Source: Marinilabiliales bacterium
Lineage (GTDB): Bacteria; Bacteroidota; Bacteroidia; Bacteroidales; PUMT01
Assembly (NCBI GenBank): GCA_007695015.1
Contig: REEN01000027.1
Coordinates: forward strand, 4,994-68,993
DNA: 64,000 nucleotides
Reading direction: 5' to 3'
Shown here: piece by piece, positions 58,840-64,000 of the stretch
Numbering within the stretch: the first letter of the stretch is position 1
How the letters are laid out: each line of letters starts with the position of its first letter
Notes under the pieces: generated by a model
The model's input: only the letters and a program-made list of their open reading frames with translations
Databases searched by the model: none
What the model was told of the DNA's origin: nothing
Program-made: the position numbers and the translations under genes

Positions 58840-61800
58840 ATGAGTCAGCAAATTCTGAGAGCTTTAATGCAGCTTTTCGCTATCATTGCCCGTCCTGAAA
58901 GCAACAAGAAGGAAAGGATATCTGTGGTTGAGTCTTTTTTGAAAAGACAGCTCAGCAAAGAACTTGTTGATGAATACCTGACGGTGTTTGAAAACTACTA
59001 TGAAATCCATCAGGAAAAGGCTGGGGGAGAGATTAAAAAGAAAAAACGCACCTCATCAAGCTCGGTAAGGGTTCTGGTCATATGCACAAAGATCAACGAA
59101 GAGCTTAATCAGCGCCAGAAGATAATCGTATTTGTAAATCTCCTGGAATTTGTCAAAAGCGACAGCGAAGTAATTAGTGACCAGGAGTTTGAATTTCTTG
59201 ATACGGTAGCTCTCTCATTCAATATCTCAGGCGATGAGTACGAAAACATAAAGAATTTCGTACTCAAGCCTTTCGAGGATATACCAAGATCCGGCAGTAT
59301 ACTGGTAGTTGACGGGAACAGGGATTTTTCCTGCGGGGAGACCCGGCACATATACCGGGAGGCAATTGAAGGGCAGATAAGGGTGCTTTCGGTTGCTGAG
59401 GTCAGCATGTACCTGGTAAGGTATATCGGTGAAAGCGAAATGTACCTCAATTCGCAACTGATCCAGCAGGACAAAGTCTATGTATTTGACAGCGGCACTT
59501 CTATCCGTAACCCAAGGATAAAACCGGTATACTTCAGCGACGTGGTGAGCACATTCAGCCCCCATCTCACCGAAAGCAAACTAATTTTTGAGGCCCGGAA
59601 TATCGAGTACCGTTTCAGGGGCGGCAATATTGGCCTGCAAAGACTTTCATTCACTGAAGAGTCGGGACGAATGATAGGCATAATGGGATCAAGCGGCTCA
59701 GGAAAATCGACGCTGTTAAACGTCCTGAACGGCAGCCTGATGCCATACAGGGGCGAAGTACTGGTCAACAATATCGATATTCACCGTGAAAAGGGGGAGA
59801 TAGAGGGGCTTATCGGACATGTGTCCCAGGATGACCTCCTTATCGAAGAACTTACCGTATACCAGAATCTTTATTATAATGCAAAGCTTTGTTTCGACCA
59901 TTATACCGAAGAAGAAACTGTAACAGCGGTAAACAGCCTGCTTCAGCAACTGGGACTGTACGAGGCACGACACATCCAGGTAGGCAGTCCGCTTAACAAG
60001 AAAATAAGCGGGGGACAAAGGAAGCGCCTGAACATAGCTCTTGAGCTTATCCGTGAACCGGCAATCCTGTTCCTTGACGAACCGACCTCAGGCCTCTCCT
60101 CAAGGGATTCAGAGAACATACTTGACCTTTTAAAGGAGCTTGCACTTAAAGGCAAGCTGATATTCGTTGTGCTTCATCAGCCCTCTTCGGATATTTTCAA
60201 GATGTTCGATAATCTCCTGATACTTGATACCGGCGGATTTCTAATATATAACGGCGACCCTGTTGATGCAATAATCTATTTCAAATCGCACGTGCAGCAT
60301 GCAAACTGGAATGAAAGTGAGTGCCATGCCTGCGGAAATGTAAATCCTGAACAACTCTTCAATATCATTGAAACCAATGTGCTGGATGAATTCGGCAAGC
60401 AGACACATTCACGGAAGATTTCTCCATGGGAATGGGCCTATTACCAGCTTCAGTACAGCCTGAAAAATGAAAAAACACTGCCGTCCCATATTGGGCTGCC
60501 GGAGGTGTCATTCAGGATACCGGACAAGTTCCGGCAATTTCTTGTATTTGTAAAAAGGGATCTGTTATCCAAGATAGCGAACCGGCAATACATGTTCATC
60601 AATTTTCTGGAAGCACCGGTTCTCGCTTTCCTGCTCTCTTTTATCATTAAGTACCGTGATGTTAATGTGGCAACAACATCCGGCTACACATTTGCAGGCA
60701 ACCTCAATGTGCCGGTGTACATCTTCATGTCGGTCATCGTTGCCATTTTCATAGGACTTACAGTAAGTGCCGAGGAGATTATCAAAGACAGGAAGATTTT
60801 GAAAAGGGAGGCTTTCCTCAACCTGAGCTGGTCAAGCTACCTCTCCTCCAAAATAGTCGTCCTGTTTGGCATATCTGCAATTCAGGCCCTTTTGTTTGTA
60901 CTTGTCGGCAACTCGATAATAGAGATACGGGGCATGTATTTTGAATACTGGCTTGTCCTTTTCAGTGCCTGGTGCTTCTCCAACGTCATGGGACTGATCA
61001 TATCAGACAGTTTCAAAACAGTTGTGACCATTTATATACTTATACCGTTTTTGGTAATCCCCCAGCTCATTCTGAGCGGTATTATAGTGAAATTTGAGGA
61101 GCTGAACCCATCCATTTCTTCACCCAGCCAAATTCCCCTTTACGGTGAGATAATTACAGCAAGATGGGCATATGAGGCACTTGCTGTCCACCAGTTCACG
61201 AACAACCCATTTGAATATGAGTTCTATCCTTACAACAAGGCGATGAGCAGGGCCGAATACATGAACAATTTCTGGCTGAGGAACCTGCAGAACAAGCTCG
61301 ATTTCTGCAAAAGAAACCTTGGTAACCCGTCAGCAAGCGAAAGGATGGAAGCGAACTTCAGGTTGCTGGTAAACGAACTGAGCCGGGAACAGGAAAGAAA
61401 CCGGCAGATCGAAGCTGGAGCAGATTTCAGAAACTATCCCGGTACGATCCCCGACAAAGAGTTTATTGAAAAGGCAGATGAATACCTTGCACTTCTCAAC
61501 CGATATTATATACACCTTTATAACAGTGCCAATAACGAAAAGGACAGGATAATCACAGAGTATCACCAGACTGATGAAGGCAGGGAACAGTTCCTGGAAA
61601 GAAGGAACAGGTATCATAACGAGACGCTGAGTGACCTGGTAAGAAATTCACGGGAAGTTACCCGTATCATCGAATACAATTACAGGCTTCACCAGCGGAT
61701 CGATCCCGTATACAGGGACCCGGAAGGGCGCTTTATAAAGGCACACTTCTATTCACCGGAAAAACGTGTTTTCGGCAACACATATGGAACACTGTGGGTA

Positions 61801-61932
61801 AACACTGCTGTTATATGGATCATGACTGTAATTCTGTTCCTGGCACTCTATTTCAGGTTGCTGAAGAAAATGCTGGAATGGTTTGAGGATCAACCCGGGA
61901 TAATGAAAAAACTGAAGGGGGTAAAAGCCTGA
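58840..61932 (+). CDS. ABCG-type fused ATPase-permease with N-terminal extension and large TM5-TM6 insert
   Basis: NBD with Walker A GSSGSGKST, signature ISGGQRKRLNIA and Walker B ILFLDEPTSGLS. ABC-2 type TMD. About 250 aa precede the NBD. About 230 charged residues sit between the fifth and the last TM helix. Confidence 0.88.
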   Translation: MSQQILRALMQLFAIIARPESNKKERISVVESFLKRQLSKELVDEYLTVFENYYEIHQEKAGGEIKKKKRTSSSSVRVLVICTKINEELNQRQKIIVFVNLLEFVKSDSEVISDQEFEFLDTVALSFNISGDEYENIKNFVLKPFEDIPRSGSILVVDGNRDFSCGETRHIYREAIEGQIRVLSVAEVSMYLVRYIGESEMYLNSQLIQQDKVYVFDSGTSIRNPRIKPVYFSDVVSTFSPHLTESKLIFEARNIEYRFRGGNIGLQRLSFTEESGRMIGIMGSSGSGKSTLLNVLNGSLMPYRGEVLVNNIDIHREKGEIEGLIGHVSQDDLLIEELTVYQNLYYNAKLCFDHYTEEETVTAVNSLLQQLGLYEARHIQVGSPLNKKISGGQRKRLNIALELIREPAILFLDEPTSGLSSRDSENILDLLKELALKGKLIFVVLHQPSSDIFKMFDNLLILDTGGFLIYNGDPVDAIIYFKSHVQHANWNESECHACGNVNPEQLFNIIETNVLDEFGKQTHSRKISPWEWAYYQLQYSLKNEKTLPSHIGLPEVSFRIPDKFRQFLVFVKRDLLSKIANRQYMFINFLEAPVLAFLLSFIIKYRDVNVATTSGYTFAGNLNVPVYIFMSVIVAIFIGLTVSAEEIIKDRKILKREAFLNLSWSSYLSSKIVVLFGISAIQALLFVLVGNSIIEIRGMYFEYWLVLFSAWCFSNVMGLIISDSFKTVVTIYILIPFLVIPQLILSGIIVKFEELNPSISSPSQIPLYGEIITARWAYEALAVHQFTNNPFEYEFYPYNKAMSRAEYMNNFWLRNLQNKLDFCKRNLGNPSASERMEANFRLLVNELSREQERNRQIEAGADFRNYPGTIPDKEFIEKADEYLALLNRYYIHLYNSANNEKDRIITEYHQTDEGREQFLERRNRYHNETLSDLVRNSREVTRIIEYNYRLHQRIDPVYRDPEGRFIKAHFYSPEKRVFGNTYGTLWVNTAVIWIMTVILFLALYFRLLKKMLEWFEDQPGIMKKLKGVKA

Positions 61933-61942
61933 CTTATAGTAT

Positions 61943-61970
61943 AAAAAAACCGGCTCCTCCGGGAACCGGT
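61943..61970 (-). terminator. Rho-independent terminator after the siaB/siaC-like operon (shared with the convergent ABC gene)
   Basis: The minus strand reads ACCGGUUCCC-GGA-GGAGCCGGU (one mismatch) followed by UUUUUUU. Confidence 0.5.
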
Positions 61971-62009
61971 CAACAATATCGATGCAGTAAAAGATAGTTC
62001 GTGCTGAAA

Positions 62010-62390
62010 TCAGTCCTCTACCTCGATCATCTTGAAAGGTATTCTTATTATAGATTCATAATCTTCACCTGCTTCAAGCATATCTTCATCATCCTCCTCG
62101 TAATACCAGTTAACCAAAACCTCATTTTTGGCCTTGTGTATTGCCTCAAGCTTCTTGAATACATCCAGTATGCATTTGGATGAACTGGTGTTGAAATATT
62201 CAAGGTGGATATTAACCTGTGTCTTTTCAGCCGGGACTCCAGCATATTGCTCAAGCCAATCCACAAGAGGCTTGTAAAACTCGACCGAGTTTTCCGGTAT
62301 TGACCTTCCTTTAATTTCTACCAGTCCCTGTTTTGCATCAAATCTTACCGATGGAGTTTTCGGCGTACCTTCAATAATAATGGGTTCCAT
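62010..62390 (-). CDS. DUF1987 / SiaC-family regulatory phosphoprotein
   Basis: 126 aa. GRSIPE, LEYFNTSSS, FKKLEA, WYYEEDDEDMLEAGEDY and IPFKM blocks. It starts 20 nt downstream of the SiaB-like kinase gene. Confidence 0.85.
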   Translation of the reverse strand: MEPIIIEGTPKTPSVRFDAKQGLVEIKGRSIPENSVEFYKPLVDWLEQYAGVPAEKTQVNIHLEYFNTSSSKCILDVFKKLEAIHKAKNEVLVNWYYEEDDEDMLEAGEDYESIIRIPFKMIEVED

Positions 62391-62410
62391 TCTCTATTCT
62401 AATTTAAATA

Positions 62411-62971
62411 TTAGTTTTTACTTTCGGAAATAAAGACGTTGAGATTAAAAAAATCAAACTCATCATTATAATTATGGAAAATATATTCCAGTTTATTTCC
62501 TGTTTTCTTGGCAATATCTATCAGTCCGAGTCCCCCTCCACCCTTGGCTGAAAGTTTCTGGTGGTTCAGAACAAACTTGTACATATCCTTCAACTCCTCC
62601 TTTGAAAGGGAATTAATCTTATCTATTTTCTCCTTAAGTTGCTTGACCTTAGCGGTGCGGACAAAATTGCCGGTTGAAATCCTGTACATTCCCTTTTCCT
62701 TAGCAACAACCAGAACACCAAACCTGGCATCAAATTCATCCCTGATCTTGTCTGGTATATCATCAATATGGTGAAAAAGGTTCTGAAGACTCTCGACAAG
62801 TACGTTGTAAATCTTCTTCTTAACTGCAGAAGCAGTGTTTACATCATCCAGCTTTGACTCTATAACCTCAAGCACATTGGTAATCAGCTCAGTGGTAATG
62901 CTCCCCTTATATGCGAGAAGCACATCGCCTTCATTCATTTTTTTATAACTTTCCTGTAAATTGAAACTCAT
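62411..62971 (-). CDS. SiaB-family (RsbW/SpoIIAB-like HATPase) protein kinase
   Basis: 186 aa. N-box E-x3-N-x3-H (VESLQNLFHH) and G2-box KGGGGLGLIDIAKK, as in anti-sigma-type Ser/Thr kinases. Confidence 0.8.
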   Translation of the reverse strand: MSFNLQESYKKMNEGDVLLAYKGSITTELITNVLEVIESKLDDVNTASAVKKKIYNVLVESLQNLFHHIDDIPDKIRDEFDARFGVLVVAKEKGMYRISTGNFVRTAKVKQLKEKIDKINSLSKEELKDMYKFVLNHQKLSAKGGGGLGLIDIAKKTGNKLEYIFHNYNDEFDFFNLNVFISESKN

Positions 62972-63019
62972 AAAAGGCTTATGCTTTGAAAGTCAATAAC
63001 TGAAAATCCTTTGGCCGAA

Positions 63020-63027
63020 CAAATATA
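63020..63027 (-). promoter_or_regulatory. -7 promoter box TATATTTG upstream of the siaB-like gene
   Basis: Perfect TAnnTTTG on the minus strand (extended GTTATATTTG), 49 nt upstream of ATG 62971. Confidence 0.35.
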
Positions 63028-63121
63028 ACAAAACTACAGCTTTTATTTCAAAAAATAGAGACATTAAAAATATATAATTATTCTCAATAACCAAGTTATT
63101 TTTTCCCCTGCATGCAAAAAA

Positions 63122-64000
63122 TCACTTTTGCTTTTTACTGCCTTCATAAAGTGAATATTTAACGAACCTGCATTCCAGGGGGCCATTGAAGAGGATTATC
63201 CTGCGTTCGGGCCTGAGGCCAACATGCTTCAATGCTTCAAGGTTGCTGCTCAATATCCATGCTTCATAACCTGCAAACCTCTTCTTCAGTGTATCTCCGA
63301 CAACCATGTGAAAGGCCTTTGCATTTTCCTGCATTATCCTTTCTCCGTAAGGGGGATTGGTAATGATAACACCGCCGCCGGCCGGAGGCTCGAGGTCTTC
63401 GAATGCCGAGATCCTGAAAATGGTCTTTCTTCCCAGAAACGCATTTTTGGCATTATCCCTGGCTATAGCTAATGATGTAGCAGAATAATCTGAGCCTATG
63501 ATAACAGGAGGAACATCAGGTTCGGCCCGGTCTTCGTTGTATATTTTTTCAAACAATTCCCTTTCAAAACCGGGCCATTTTTCAAATGCAAATTTCTTCC
63601 GATAGACCCCGGGAGGAATATTCCAGGCTATCATTGCCGCCTCTATGGGTATGGTGCCGGAGCCGCACATCGGGTCAATAAAGTTTGATTTACGGTCCCA
63701 TCCGGAGAGAAGCACAAGTCCGGCCGCCAGGACCTCATTTATCGGGGCAGGACCGGTACCGGTGCGGTAACCCCTTTTATGCAAGGATTCACCCGAAGAG
63801 TCGAGCGAAAGGTTGCACCTGTCATCAGAGATATGCAGATTAATTCTTATATCAGGATCATCTGTATCAACATCAGGTCTTTCCCCCGTCCGGTCACGGA
63901 ACTGATCGACAATGGCGTCTTTTACCCTGAGCGCAATATATTTGGAATGGTTGAACCACCTGGAAGAAAGAGTGCCATCAATTGCAAAGGTACTCCCCCT
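63122..64000 (-). CDS. THUMP-domain class I SAM-dependent RNA methyltransferase (RlmL/UPF0020-like), 5' end beyond window
   Basis: The frame stays open upstream of the track's TTG start through to base 64000. Motifs: SLHKRGYR, DPMCGSGTIPIEAA (SAM) and NPPYGERI (catalytic). Confidence 0.9.
   Translation of the reverse strand, partial: RGSTFAIDGTLSSRWFNHSKYIALRVKDAIVDQFRDRTGERPDVDTDDPDIRINLHISDDRCNLSLDSSGESLHKRGYRTGTGPAPINEVLAAGLVLLSGWDRKSNFIDPMCGSGTIPIEAAMIAWNIPPGVYRKKFAFEKWPGFERELFEKIYNEDRAEPDVPPVIIGSDYSATSLAIARDNAKNAFLGRKTIFRISAFEDLEPPAGGGVIITNPPYGERIMQENAKAFHMVVGDTLKKRFAGYEAWILSSNLEALKHVGLRPERRIILFNGPLECRFVKYSLYEGSKKQK

Overview
This window is a gene-dense chromosomal core segment with about 50 CDS on both strands and short intergenic gaps. 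It reads as Bacteroidota. The clues are a short 286-aa primary sigma factor, repeated perfect TAnnTTTG -7 boxes upstream of genes, a MauE/DoxX-thioredoxin-like protein upstream of tpiA, a bacterial GH3 protein, and SiaB/SiaC-type proteins.

Recognisable housekeeping genes are uvrB (5' end cut by the window), rpoD, htrA, dapF, gyrB, an ftsE-like gene, metX, plsY, cdaA, folP, tmk, tpiA, rsmE, uvrA, hflK, hflC, yggS, serA, serC, comB, gcvT, clpB and a THUMP RNA methyltransferase (cut at the 3' edge of the window).

By eye I found no rRNA, tRNA, CRISPR array, transposase, integrase, phage gene or canonical defence island. The many antisense ORFs in the track look like shadow ORFs.

Nothing here can be called a demonstrated novel system from sequence alone. 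The most unusual content is:
1. Scattered partner-switch signalling parts: a SiaB-like kinase plus SiaC-like phosphoprotein pair at 62.0-63.0 kb with no phosphatase or diguanylate cyclase beside it, an orphan SiaC paralogue at 2.0 kb, and an orphan Hpt + STAS pair at 52.7-53.5 kb.
2. A 1030-aa ABCG-type transporter convergent with the SiaBC pair. It has a ~250-aa N-terminal extension and a ~230-aa insert between its last two TM helices.
3. A 1522-aa exported protein with no domain I recognise and an acidic tandem-repeat tail.
4. An exported TPR-CHAT protease flanked by two methyltransferases.
5. An M20 peptidase - GH3 pair.
6. A five-gene serC-serA-DUF1015-yggS-(DHOD-like) operon whose DHOD-like member lacks the catalytic Cys motif.
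7. A GC-rich three-hairpin island upstream of ftsE.

All functional calls come from motif recognition by eye and recall. No searches were run.
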